Shown piece after piece: positions 1-11,793 of a stretch of DNA of 64,000 nucleotides. The notes under the pieces are model-generated. The model saw nothing but the letters and a program-made list of their open reading frames with translations. It made no database searches and was not told the DNA's origin. Source of the stretch: Mantamonas sphyraenae STR306. Its lineage: Eukaryota; Protista; CRuMs. Position 1 is the stretch's first letter. Each line of letters starts with the position of its first letter. Location: positions 186,001 through 250,000 of the forward strand of contig JAPMXV010000056.1 in assembly GCA_026936335.1 (NCBI GenBank), read 5' to 3'. The translations under genes and the position numbers were made by a program.

Positions 1-2288
1 TGAGACACATGGCCACGACACACCTCGGTGATATGGTCCATCAGAGGCAACATCACCGCCCTTTCCATGCTCAGCTCCAGCAATCGGTCGACGTCCAACA
101 CCGAATCGTCGTCGCTCACTTGCTTCAGCTTTACACACATCATGTCGATGTCTGCACCGTATGCGTCCACCATATGATTCTTCATCCCGTCCACAAAGTA
201 CCGCAGGTTGTGTGCCATCGGCTCGAAACTCGAATTCTCCGCATCCTTTGTGAAGCGCCGCACAAACTTGAAGATTGTGTTTCCTTCGGCTTGCCTGCGG
301 TCAAACAGACGCAGATCCAGAAACTCTGTGACGCGTGTCTCTTCGCTCAGTCCGGTCATTTTCTCCAGCTTGTTTGCGTTGCTGTTTGTGCGGCGTGTGC
401 GAAACGACATCTGCTCCTCCTCGTCGTCCTCCAGGTCCAGTCCCAGGCCCAGCTCCAGATTCAACACTGTTTCCATGTCTCTGTTGCGCCTGCTGGATGT
501 CTCTGACAGCAACCTGCCTCGTTGCTCTGCCAGCTTCTTGTGAAAGTGTGTGTGGCGCAATCGGAACTTGGCCTTGCGGTTGGTCACCTCGGCGACAATC
601 TGCGACGCAAGCTCCGCCTCCAATTTGAAGAGCTCGCGTTCGGGTCCCACGATGCTCAACGTGTTGACGTCCAGCAGCCTCGCCTGTGCAATGTCCGACC
701 AGAACAGCGCCACCTTGATCTCCATCTCCTTCTCCTTGCCGCCTCCGCCGCCGCTTGTCTCTCCACCACCGCTGCCTGTCGTGTCAAACGAGGAGCGGTT
801 GGGCGAGTCGCCGCTGCCTGCCAGCAATGGGACCTCGGTCGCCTCGTCCACATCGAGCTCGTCGTCTTCAAAGGCATCCGACGCTTTGCCGCCGCCGGTG
901 CTGCCGCTGCTACTGGAACTGCCACTGCTGCTGGAACTGCCCATGCGCGTGCGAGCCAGGTTAAACACAGGCACGCTGCTTTCGTCGCTGCTGGGCGTGC
1001 GTTCGCGCGATGTGCTGCCCAGGCGCGATCGTGGTGTGCCAAATCGAGGCTGCGCTTTGTACAGGATGAGCTGGTCTGTGGTCAGCACCAGCGTGCGCAT
1101 CGTCTTTTTGAAGAACGTCACCTCGGTCACTTCAAACTTCAACGTGGGGAACACCACCGTCCTGCTTTTTGCCAACACCTGCTGCTCCTCCTCGTCGAAA
1201 TTGGCCAGTTCGTCGTCGTAGTGGTACGACATGGGCATGGAAGGACTCGTCTCGTCTGCGGTCTCTCCATTGGCGGCGCTCGAGGTCGTGGAAGAGCCTG
1301 CATCTGCGCTCCCGTTCTCAACCTCTGTCTCCTCGTCCTCGTCCACCTCGGGCAGTTCGCTCATCAGCAACATGGCATAGCGATCGAGTACAAACCGTTC
1401 CACTTTGTCCTCGTTGGCATCCTGTGCCAGGAGCATGTCCTCGGGTGGCGGGAACAGCACGCGCGCACGCACATTGCCCATGCTACGAAGCCACTCCACC
1501 TCATCTGCTTCGTACAAATCCGTTCCGATGATCTTGACCGAACCACTGCGCATGAGCATGCGGTGGACACGGGAGCAGCGGTCGCACACAAAGACACCGG
1601 CCACCGCCGACGTGTGTGTCGTTGCCGAGCGTCCACAGTCAGCACATTGGTGATTGCCGGCCTCTGTGTCCAAATGCACCTGCTTCAGCGTCTCCATCAA
1701 TTCTGTCCCACCCTCCTGCGCCTGCAGCGCTGCCTGCTGCGACGGCACCGACTCGGCATCGCTGGGAAAGGCCAGCACGTCAAACTGGTGGGACGAATTG
1801 TGGTCCACCGACGTCAGCGTCTTGTCCAGTTCTGCTTGGTATGTCTCGATGGATGCCTGTACGTGGCACTCCTCGCAATAGTTCAGTTCCGGGTCGCACG
1901 TTTGGCAGCGGAAGCGGAGGCCGCGAATGGGAAACACCCCACAGCGATTGCACGCCACCTGGTGGCTCGACTCCACACGCATCGTCGACTGTCGCCTCCT
2001 CAATTTGTCTTCAGCCTCTCCCGCACACGTGTGGCTGTGTGCATCCATGTCTGCAAGCTGGATCTCTTCGTGGCAGTTGCGGCACAACACCACAAAGTCT
2101 GCTCAACAGCCCATACATCCACACGCACAATCCACCAGACAATTTTTTTTGCAAGCAAACACAACCATGAGCATGGCACGCGTGATGCCGAGTTTACCCC
2201 GCACAAGATTGGGTGTCAGGGCTTCGCCACTTGTCCTCCCCGCGCCTCTTCTCCGCGACTCACCCTGCTGTTCTTCCTCCTCAGCCAT
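1..2288 (-). CDS. ZZ zinc finger + ArfGAP + split PH-like + probable VPS9-type helical region protein (runs off the left window edge)
   Basis: Manual minus-strand translation. Exon 1 MAEEEEQQ (2288-2264), intron GTGAGT..CAG (2263-2099). Then ZZ motif CNRCGVFPIRGLRFRCQTC..YCEECH, and ArfGAP CADC-x16-CDRCSRVHR..EVEWLRSMGN with the catalytic Arg. The frame stays open to position 1, so the ORF track misses it. Confidence 0.75.
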
Positions 2289-2394
2289 CGTTTTCTTGTC
2301 GCCCACGGCGCATTCCACGGTCTCATTCGCACATACTGCCTGTGACACCAACCTTCTCCAGCGGTGTTTCGAGTTCTTCATGATGGGTGGCTCT

Positions 2395-3570
2395 GGATTT
2401 GTCAGTTGTCCACGCGTGGCACGGGCCGAGGCACCGAAAACCCTTGAGATGCGCGAAGAACCCAAGGACACGACACCGCTGCGAGGTGGAAACAACGGAC
2501 GTGGAGGCTCGTGTGGCTGTCTGCGCGATGCATGGGACAAGATCCCCAACAAGCGCGTGGTGGTGCCGCTGGCTGTGCTGTTCCTGATTGTGGTGATTGT
2601 GATTGCAGCTTTGGCTGGCGCTGCTCCAGAGGTGTTTGTGCCAGAAGGGCAGCGTTTGGCATTCTCTGTGACGTCGGACCAGCTCAACACACACCTGCGC
2701 GAGTTGGAGCGCATCGCATACCAGTCTCCTGGACGCAACCGAGCGGTTGGGACGCAGGGGTACAACTACAGCGTGGACTACGTGGTGCAGCTTCTGCAGG
2801 AGCAGCCCGAGTTTGATGTGAGCGTGCAGACGTTTCCATTCCAGTCGTGGCAGCCGCTGGCGACGCCCGTGCTGGAGCGTGTGCACCCTGGTGTGGAGAA
2901 ATACGAACTCAACAAGGACTTTGTCTCGTTTGAGTTCTCCGGAAGCGCAAACGTGACCGCCAACGTGAGTGTGGTGGGCCTGGGATGCTTTGACAGTGAC
3001 TATGCAGGGTTCATGGGCGGCAACATTGCTCTGGTCAAGCGTGGCAACTGCTCGTTTGTGGAAAAGGCGGACATGGCAGCCAAGTACAACGCCTCCGGCC
3101 TGCTTGTGTTCAACCACGGCGAGACAATCCAGGACTTGGGACTGTTCCGCGCCAGCTTGAAGACGCCTCGTGCATTCCCTGCGTTTGTGACAACCAAGGC
3201 CATTGGCGAGACACTTGCAGCTGTGCAGAACCTTCAGCTGTTCATGTCGTCGCTGAGTGCATTCCCGACGGTTGGAACGACCAATGTGATTGCACAAACC
3301 AAGGTGGGACGCGACGACAGAGTGGTCCTGAGTGGTTCGCATCTGGACAGCGTTCCTGCGGGCCCAGGGATCAACGACAACGGCAGCGGATCGTCGGGCA
3401 ACCTGGCGATTGCACTGAACCTGGCACGTCTGCTGCGTGGTGGGTTGGTGAAAGTGGAGAACAAGGTGCGTTTCTGCTGGTGGGCGGCGGAGGAAGGTGG
3501 GTCTGGTGGGCAGCACGTACTACGTGAACAACCTCAAGGCCAACCAGCCAGCCGAACTGGCCAAGATTGC
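2395..3570 (+). repeat. Left arm of ~1.17 kb near-identical inverted repeat (partner 12231-13402)
   Basis: Reverse complement of 12231-13402 matches almost base for base from GGATTTGTCA..TCCACGCG to ..CCAAGATTGC. Confidence 0.9.
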
Positions 3571-4003
3571 TTTGGTGCTGAACTACGACATGTTGGCCTC
3601 GCCCAACGCCATGCACGGCGTGTACGAGGGAGAGAAGGCCGAGGACCCGAACATCCGCGTTGCCAGCAAGGTCATTCAGGACCAGTTTGTCAACTACTTT
3701 GGCACCCAGAAGGCCAACTACACGATGACTCCGTTCACGGGACGCAGTGATTACGGCCCTTTCATCGCCAACAACATTCCTGCCGGTGGTCTGTTCACGG
3801 GCGCCGAGCAGATCAAGTCGATGGACGAGCGCAGCAAGTTTGGCGGCCTCGCCAACGCTGCCTACGACCCGTGCTACCACCAGGAGTGTGACAACTTTGA
3901 CAACATCGACCAAAAGGCCCATCTGCTCATGGTGCGTGCGGCTGCACATGGTGTCCAGTACTTTGCCAGCCAGCAGGATCTGGCCAAGGTGCTTCAAGGC
4001 TGA
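2449..4003 (+). CDS. PA-domain M28 aminopeptidase with N-terminal TM anchor, copy A (1-nt insertion at ~3495)
   Basis: IALVKRGNCSF (PA domain), SHLDSV-PAGPGINDNGSG, WWAAEE, LNYDM, SDYGPF, DPCYHQECD. GAGGAAGGTGGGT here versus GAGGAGGTGGGT in the intact copy B shows one extra A. Confidence 0.9.
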
Positions 4004-4127
4004 TCGGAAGCCACAAAGGAGGAATCCAATGAAAGAAGCATGTGTGGGCCAAACAAGGAGGACCAGGTACGCTGTGTGTGTGCATGCATCAAAGCAAAGG
4101 AGTTGCCCAAGCGGCCGCAAACCAATC

Positions 4128-7100
4128 CATGGCCCACATCTTGTCATCGCGAAACGTTCAGCATGTGCACGGTAGGACATCATCATCATCAACCACTCTC
4201 TGTGTTGTAGCTCTCTTCTTGCTGCTCGTGGTGGGTCCATGCACAGTAGCCGCAGCGTGTCCGGAGTTTTGGGTCAACTCCGACAGCGGAATCGACACAA
4301 ACACGGGTCTGAACGCCACCCAGGCCTGGCGTACCATGGAACATGCAATGCAGCGCATGCAGACGTGCTCCTCAGCCACACAGACGTCCACCTTGCACGC
4401 AGCTGGCTCGTTTGCCCTTGCCAACGTCACCGTCGACAACCTCCGTCTCGTTGGCGATGGAAAGACCAGCGCGCCACAAGCATACGTAGATAGCATTGTC
4501 ACCGGCTCCGCTTCAGTGGCAAACATCCATTTGGAAGCAGTTCGCGCTCGGGTGCTTCACTTGTCAAACTTTGGTCAAGCCACGCTGGTCAATGTTGATG
4601 TTTCAGACGGCGGCACATTGGAAGCCACTCATGCTTCGTTGCTGCAACTCACTCACGTCCACTTGAGAAGGCGTGCCGAACTCAAGCAGGGCAACGGTGT
4701 TTTGCGTGGATCACAGCTCCGCGCAGACCACACTCTGTTCAACGGCACAATCATGTACCTTGGCGCGTTCGTAGACTTTCAGAGTACGTTTTGCAAAACG
4801 TACGACCTTATTGTGCAGCCATCCGATGGCTCTGTGGCCAATGCGACGCGCAACATCTCCTTTGTGGATTCATCGCTGGAGTGGCAACAAGACGGGCAAG
4901 TGTTCATCACGCGCAATTCCTTCGACATGCTCTCGTTTGTGCGTTGTTCCTTCCTCAACACCGGATGGTTCCAGAGTGTGACGACACGCATGCTGCGCAT
5001 GCACGACGTCAAGGTGGCCAACTTTAGCTGTGCGCGACAACTCCATCCAGGGGAGTGCCAACATGTGGGGTCTCCATTTGCGCAACAGTGTAGTTCCAGG
5101 CCAGCCACCCGATCCGATCCAGCTGGACATCGACACGGTGGAGTTCACGGGCAGGCAAGTTTGCCGGAACCCGGCTCTGAATCCTGATGCGCAAGGAGGC
5201 GTTGCAATCACCTGGATCTCTTCCTTTGGCGACATGAGTGGTCATGTGCGCAATGTGTACGTGCATGATGCCGGATCGATGGCCTTTCTGGTGGCGTCGG
5301 GCTACCTTTCGACAAACACGGCACCCTTGGTCATCGAAAACAGTCGCTTCGAACGTGTGGGAGGCACTGCCATCGTCTGCAGTGACCTACCCGACGTCGT
5401 CATTCGCAACTGTTCCTTTGTGGACGTGTTGGACCAGCGGTCATTGCGCAAACCTGCAAGCAAGTCTCTGTCACCGACAGTCGTTTTGAGCGGTGTTCCG
5501 CTGCATGTGCGGCTGCCCTTTTGACGACATCCAATCTCTCGCGAGTGACAAACACCACCTTTCTCGACAACAGTGTTCCTGAGCACACGCAGACAACCAG
5601 CACAGGCGACTACTTTCGCCAATTTCCCATGTTTGACAAGCCTGTGGCCAACGCTGTCAAGTACCCATGTCGTCCGGGAGCAGCGGGTGCGTTGGGTATG
5701 TTCTCGATGGTCGGGCATGCATTGCAGCATGCGCAGGTGCACCTCAAGGGCAACGTGTTTGCCAACAATCGGGCCTCGCTGGGCGGTGCGTTGGCTGTCG
5801 ATGCCCACGGAGCACAGATGTATGTGGATGCAAGCAATCGCTTTGAGGACAACTTTGCGCATGTCGGCGGTGGCGCGTTGTCTTGCCTTGACAACGAATT
5901 CGATCCGAACACGCATGCTGCGGATCCCTTGCAGGTTGCCTTTCATGTCGACGAAGACAGCGTGTTTGAGGAGAACCATTCGAAGCTGACCGGGGACGTG
6001 TTGTTCTCCAGCATGTGCCACATCCCAAACAAGCAACAGCTGCAGAATGACTCCTGCCCCTTTGACATGTACCCACCATTCATTTGGAGGGCCCAGCCCA
6101 ACGCCGTGTGCAACATCGCTCCGTTTGACTTGGGTCTGTTCACTGCCCTTGCCCTGAGCATCGTGGGCACCGGGGCGTTTGCGCTGCTGCTTCTGTTTTC
6201 GATGGGACTCCTCGTCGCCGCCGTCGTCCAGCGATGCCGCACTGAAGGGACAAACGACGTCGAGGAAGCTGCCCTCCAGGCGTTGATGGACAAGCACCGC
6301 CGAGAGCGGCACTCTCGCATCGCCAGCAGCATTCGCAGAATGGACTTTCGCACAGACATTGTTGAGCGGCCCATCCCCATGACCGGACGCGCTGCACAGG
6401 CCCTCCCCGGAGCGTACATTGCACGGGACACGGACGAGTTGGATGACAATGGGGACGGCATTTCGGAGGATGCCCAGGGCGGCGACAACAGCTTTGCAGC
6501 GGAGGAGCGCACCCAACAGGCGGTGGTGTTGCGCAAACAGGCTCGCAACGCGGCCGGAGGATGTGCCACCATTGTGTTGATGGTCATATTTGTGGCTGCT
6601 TCGCTGGTGTACGCGATGGTGGCCCGGCAACCAACGTCCATGCCGGCCACGGTGACTCAAGAGAGCACTCTCGGAGACAGGCTGGCGCAGCACAACAAAC
6701 GATCGTGGAGGGTGCAGGTGCAGTATGCAATCATGGGCGTTCCTTGCGATGTGTTGAAGCCCACAGTGCAGCTGGGCTCACACGCGGTGGTAAACGCCAC
6801 AATGCAAGCCGTTCCCAGACAAGGAGCTCCGGTGTGTCTCGTGTCAGGCTGGTGGACGGGAGACGTGGTGTCAGCGCAACAGGAAAGCCCGAAGCTGGTG
6901 CTCGGGTTCCACAGGCCGCAAAACTGCCAGCCGAGTGTCTCGTTGCGGATGGACTCTGCCGTGGATGCCGATGTGCCCATGGATACCAGCCCGTTGTTCC
7001 CAGACAGTACCGTACTGCTTGCACGTCACTATCTGGCGTCTACAGTGCGATGTGTCGACTACTTGCTGCCGGGCAGCAAGCTTGGCATGGCTTCGACGCT

Positions 7101-7764
7101 GCTGGTGTCCAACCGTGACTCGGAGGAACCCATCCATGGATGGGCCATGCAACTGCGCAACCCACCGATCACTATCGGCCACTTTGACACTTTGGACACG
7201 GAAGTGAGCGTGAGTGACCTGACCAAGGAGGTGCAGGTGGTGCAGGAAGTGTTTGTGCAGGCGGCGCTTCGTGTGATCTCGCTGGCTGGGTCTCTGCTTG
7301 CTGCACACCCTGTTCTTCGCTCATTGATCCGATGGATCATGGAGAGGTCGCGGAAACACAGCAAGGACGCAGCTCGCAATCGTCAGCGTGGATCGTGGGG
7401 GGAGTTTGCGATTGCTCTGCTGGTGGGGACATGCCTCCCGGTTGTCAGCCAAGTCGTTGCATTGGTGTGGGGCCCACGCATGTGGTCGTTCCTGACCCTG
7501 TGTGGTCTGGTGGGTGGGCTGGTGCTGTGGTTTGTTGCCGGCGGGGTTTTGATCAGTTTCTTACCCGTCAGCAACCGGTTTGACATGCAACTGTATGTGG
7601 AAACGGAACAGTGGGTGTTGAGTTTGTCAGCGACGATTTTGTGGCTTGCGGCAGGCACAGCGGTGGTTGCCCTGTTTGTACATGCCGAGCAATGGTGGCA
7701 GGTGCAGCGGCGGACGACAGCGACAAGACCAGGGAAAAGCTATGGTGCAGTGAGATCAGAGTGA
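4128..7764 (+). CDS. Signal peptide + parallel beta-helix (pectin-lyase-like/Pmp-like) ectodomain + multi-TM membrane protein; two compensating 1-nt frameshifts (~5029, ~5428)
   Basis: Hydrophobic N-terminus, FWVNSDSGIDTNTGLNATQAWRTMEHAM cap motif, and FxNN/GGA repeats (FANNRASLGGAL, FEDNFAHVGGGAL). Several TM helices follow. ORFs 4042-5187, 5030-5524 and 5521-7764 join in frames 1>2>1. Confidence 0.65.
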
Positions 7765-8420
7765 GCTGTGAATGCAATGACTGTAAACCGCCAGGTGGTG
7801 CCCGTCGTTCGTATGGTCCTGGCAGCGTGTTCCAGCCTGCCGCACGTTGGATGCAAGCAGGCTGCCGTCATCGTGCGGGTCTTGAGAGGGACGATGATAG
7901 AGGTGGAGAAGGGTGACATGGACACGTGCGTACGGTTGGCAGGGCATGAGGAAGATGTGAGTGGGTGTTTTGAGTTGGACACTGGCCCATGTGGGGCTGA
8001 CGTGCATGTGGGGGGCTTGGAGTTCTGAGGGACATGATGAAAGGCTGAGGTGCGGTGAAAGCGGAGGCGGTGCAATCCATTGCGAAAGGGGTGGGTGGGT
8101 GGAGTGGAGAATGGTCGGTGGCGTCAGGGGGACGGAGATGGGTGTGTGGGCTAGGGGAAGGGGTCATGGGGGAGGAGGGATGAGTGGGGATGGTTGATGG
8201 TGGGGGTGGTGTGATTGGGAATGGGAAGGAAGGAGTGAGGGTGGGAGAAGGAAACTGGAGGGTGCGGCGGGAGAGGCAATCTGATTGTGAAAGGTGAGGG
8301 GACGGTGGTGTCTGTGAAAGGAGTGGGTCATAGGAAGAGGGAGTGGGGGGGAAGCGGGTGGGGGTTATTGGGGAGGTTGTTGGAGGTGAGAAGAGCTGAC
8401 GTGCGGGGCGAAGAGGGAGA

Positions 8421-11400
8421 ATGAGCAGCACAGAGCTGATTGGGGCAGTGGAGAAGGGGGATGTGAGTGCAATGGCAAAGTTGATTGAGGGGGGTGCAGA
8501 TGTGAACGAATTGAATGGGGCTGGGTGGACGGCGTTGATGGTGGCGGGTCGGGAGGGAAACACGAAGGCGGCGACGATGCTGCTGGACAGGGGAGCAGAG
8601 GTGGACAAGGCGGCTGAGGACGGGTGGACGCCGTTGCTCATTGCAGCACGGAACGGGCACACAGAGGCAGCAACGATGCTGCTGGACACAGGAGCAGAGG
8701 TGGACAAGGCGCAGAAGACTGGGGCCACACCGTTGTACATTGCAGCACAGAATGGGCACACAGAGACAGTGAAGATGCTGCTGGACAGAGGCGCAGAAGT
8801 GGACAAGGCGGAGAAGACTGGAGGCACACCGTTGTACGTTGCTGCACGGAACGGACGCACAGAGACGGCGACGCTTCTGCTGGACAGGGGAGCAGAGGTG
8901 GACAAGGCGGACGAGGACAGGTGTACACCGTTGTACATTGCAGCACAGAATGGACACACAGAGACGGCGACGATGCTGGTGGACAGAGGAGCAGAAGTGG
9001 ACAAGGCGAACGAGGTCGGGTGGACGTCGTTGCACATTGCAGCCTCGAGCGGGCACACAGAGACGGCGACGCTTCTCATCGCTCGTGGTGCAGATGTCAA
9101 TGTCACATCCACGTATGGAGGGTCTCCACTCGACATGGCTGCAAGTAGGCACCCGTCGACACATCTGGCAATGCTGGGTGCCTGGGCTGAGCGGGATGGC
9201 CTTGTGTCGTTCTCCACATCGCAGCAGTTGGCTGCTGAGCTGTCCTCTGATCGCTGCATGCAAGCACAAGCGCTGTGTTTGGTGGCTGACGGTGAAAGCG
9301 ATGTGTCAGAGCTGCCTGAGGAGATTGGCATGTGTGTGGAGCTGCGAGTGCTGGATCTGCGCAGATCAGGCATCAGCGTGTTGCCCAGACAGGCAATGGC
9401 GAAGCTGGGGAAGCTGAAAAACTTGCTGCTGGAGCATGACGAAGCGTTGGACGATGTGCCTGGGGTTTGTGGTGAAGAAAGGAGCGAAGACGGTGGTGGA
9501 GTATCTGGGACGGATGGACACTGCATGGGAATGGGTCAACTGGATGGTCCTTGGACATGGTGGGCAAGGCAAGACGACGCTGATTGACACGATGAAGCGG
9601 AACAGCTCGTGGGGAGAATGGGGCAAGGTGTTGTTCAGGTGGCGCACAGCCAAACGCCAGCTGGACAGCGAGGAGAGGACGACGGATGCAACACACAGCA
9701 TGGATGTGTATGAGTTTGATCTGAAGGATGGGAATGTGCGTGTGCGCATCAGTGACTATGGTGGACAGGCAGAGTACTGGGTGGGTCACCAGTACCTGTT
9801 GATGGGCCAGGGCGGGGTGTTTGTGCTGGTGGCATCGATGGTGGCGTGGGATGCAGTGGCAGGTGGGCACAGTGTGGACATGGATGCAGCACGTGCGGAG
9901 CTGGAGGTGTGGCTGGACATGGTGGCGAGCAAGGTGGCACCCAAGGTGGCAGGGAAGAAGAAGCCGCAGATGTGGTTTGTGGTGACCCATGCAGATCTGG
10001 GAGAGAAGGTGAAGGTGGGGGAGAGGTTGGATCGGGAAGAAGCACGTGGGATGGTGAAAGGGTGGGTGGAAGGGTGGAAGAAGAGCAAGAGGTACGAGCA
10101 GCTGCGGATGGATGCTGAGAAGGGAGTGTTTGTGGTGGATGGGGATGTGTGGAAGGGCAACGTGGATGGGCTGCTGGGCAGTCTGGAGGAAGCGAGTGTG
10201 GCACTGGCAGAGAACAGGATGGTGCCGCGCGGGACAGTGGAGCTGCAGAAGTATGTGCAGGGACTGCGGGAGAATGGCGGAATGGAGCAGCCGTGGATGC
10301 GTGAGGAGGAACTGGAGGCGATGGTGAAGGGGAATGAGGAGATCCGGGAGCACTTTCCGAGCAAGCGCGGGCGGATCTTTCATTCATCGCTGGAGGAACT
10401 GCACCACATGCAGGAGGTGGTGTGGCACAGCGGCGCAGGGGTGGTTGTGCTGGACCCTGTGTGGCTGGCGAAGCTGATGGGAGGTTTTGTGAGCGGTGCA
10501 GAGGTGCAAGGGCTGGACAAAGGGAAGCAGATTGCTGAGGGGAAGCACCATGGGCTGGTGCAATGGGATGATGGATTGCGAAAGCAGGTTGCTGAGCTGC
10601 ATGCGGGGTTGTGGGGACAAGGAGGTGGTGGGGAAGATGGGGTGGCGGATATGCTGCTGGAGCTGCTGTGTGAGGTGGAGATGTGTGCACGCGTGGGTGA
10701 AGACACGCTTGTGTTTCCGTTTCTGCGGACGGTGGAGACGGAACTGCCTGTGGAGTGGATGGCAGGGAACACATGTCGGATTGGACGGCGGTTTGTGTGG
10801 GTGGTGGATGGGATGCAAACAGACGCAGACGCACAGATGGATGAAGCATGGCAGGCAGAGAACTGGCACATGCTGCCACCTGCACTGTTCAATCTGGTGC
10901 AGGTGCGGCTGATTGAGGCATACCCGGGAGGAATCAAGGCCCAGCGTGTGCACACCAACTGGATGCACGTGTGGCCCATGGATGCACCGCACATCGTGGT
11001 TGTGCATGAGCCACACACACGGTACATGGACGTTGTGGTGGCACGAAACTCATGGCGTGGGGTGGCAGAGACGATGATCCAGGTGGAGGTGCTTGTGCGA
11101 CGGCTGGCGGCCGAGAGCGGGCTGTGTGACGGACTGGCTGGGAGCATGCGGTGCTATCCGCTGTGTCACGTGTGTGTGGGCAGTGAGAAGGTGGAGGAGG
11201 TGCTGCGGATGGACTGGGCGCAGCATGGGTTGCGTGTAGATATGACTGCGCTGGTGGAGGTGGACAAGGAGGACAATGGGTGGTGCATGGTGCACAACCA
11301 GGATCTCCACACCCAGGCGCTGTTGTATGGACGCGTGCTGGATGACAAAGATGCACTGAAGGAACTGCAGGCGTGGCGGAAAGACATGGAGAATCGTGTC

Positions 11401-11742
11401 GGGAGCATGGAACGGCGGCTGGGCAAGTCATGGCAAGCGATCAAGACACTCGCGAGGCAATATCCACAGCTGCTGAGATGGGTGACAGATCTGCAGGTGA
11501 AGCACAGGGCCGGGGACATCGCAGACATGGATGCAGTGCGATCGATGGTGGCACAGACACTGGAGGAGATGAACGGGATGGGGTCATCGTCGTCATCTGG
11601 CAAGGAGTTGGAGGAACTGCGTTTGGTGGTTGTGGAGCTGCAGCTGCATCTGGATGAGCTGCTCGGAGAGCGAGCCGGAACTGAGGAATCTGGGCCAGCG
11701 GCAGAGAAGGAGGGTGAAGAAGAAGATGAAGAAGGAGTTTGA
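8421..11742 (+). CDS. Ankyrin-LRR-ROC-COR (Roco family) GTPase with C-terminal coiled coil; extra G at 9462-9465
   Basis: About 7 ankyrin repeats, then LRR (LPEEIGMCVELRVLDLRRSGISVLP). Removing one G gives DVPGFVVKKGAKTVVEYL leading into the P-loop VLGHGGQGKTTL, ISDYGGQAEY and VVTHAD. COR motifs VVVLDPVWLAKLM, LVFPFLR, IGRRF, LPPALFNLVQVRL. Confidence 0.85.
8500..9110 (+). repeat. 99-bp tandem ankyrin-coding repeats
   Basis: G(C/G)TGGACA-N2-GG-N-GCAGARGTGGACAAGGCG recurs at 8582, 8681, 8780, 8879 and 8978, an exact 99-nt period. Confidence 0.9.
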
Positions 11743-11793
11743 AGAGTGTGGATGATGATGTGTGAGTGTCCATTCATTTCATTGCTCAGCATT

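Noticed and set aside
522-2345. 607-aa plus-strand ORF, and similar long ORFs at 7868-9526(-), 11746-13395(+), 15001-17043(+)
   Set aside because: Antisense shadows of real genes on the opposite strand, caused by GC-rich codon bias.
7768-8028. 86-aa ORF upstream of the Roco gene
   Set aside because: No recognisable motif or splice link; coding status unsupported.
8500-9110. Regularly spaced repeats as a possible CRISPR array
   Set aside because: The 99-bp period is in frame and encodes ankyrin repeats; the intervening sequences are homologous, not unique spacers.
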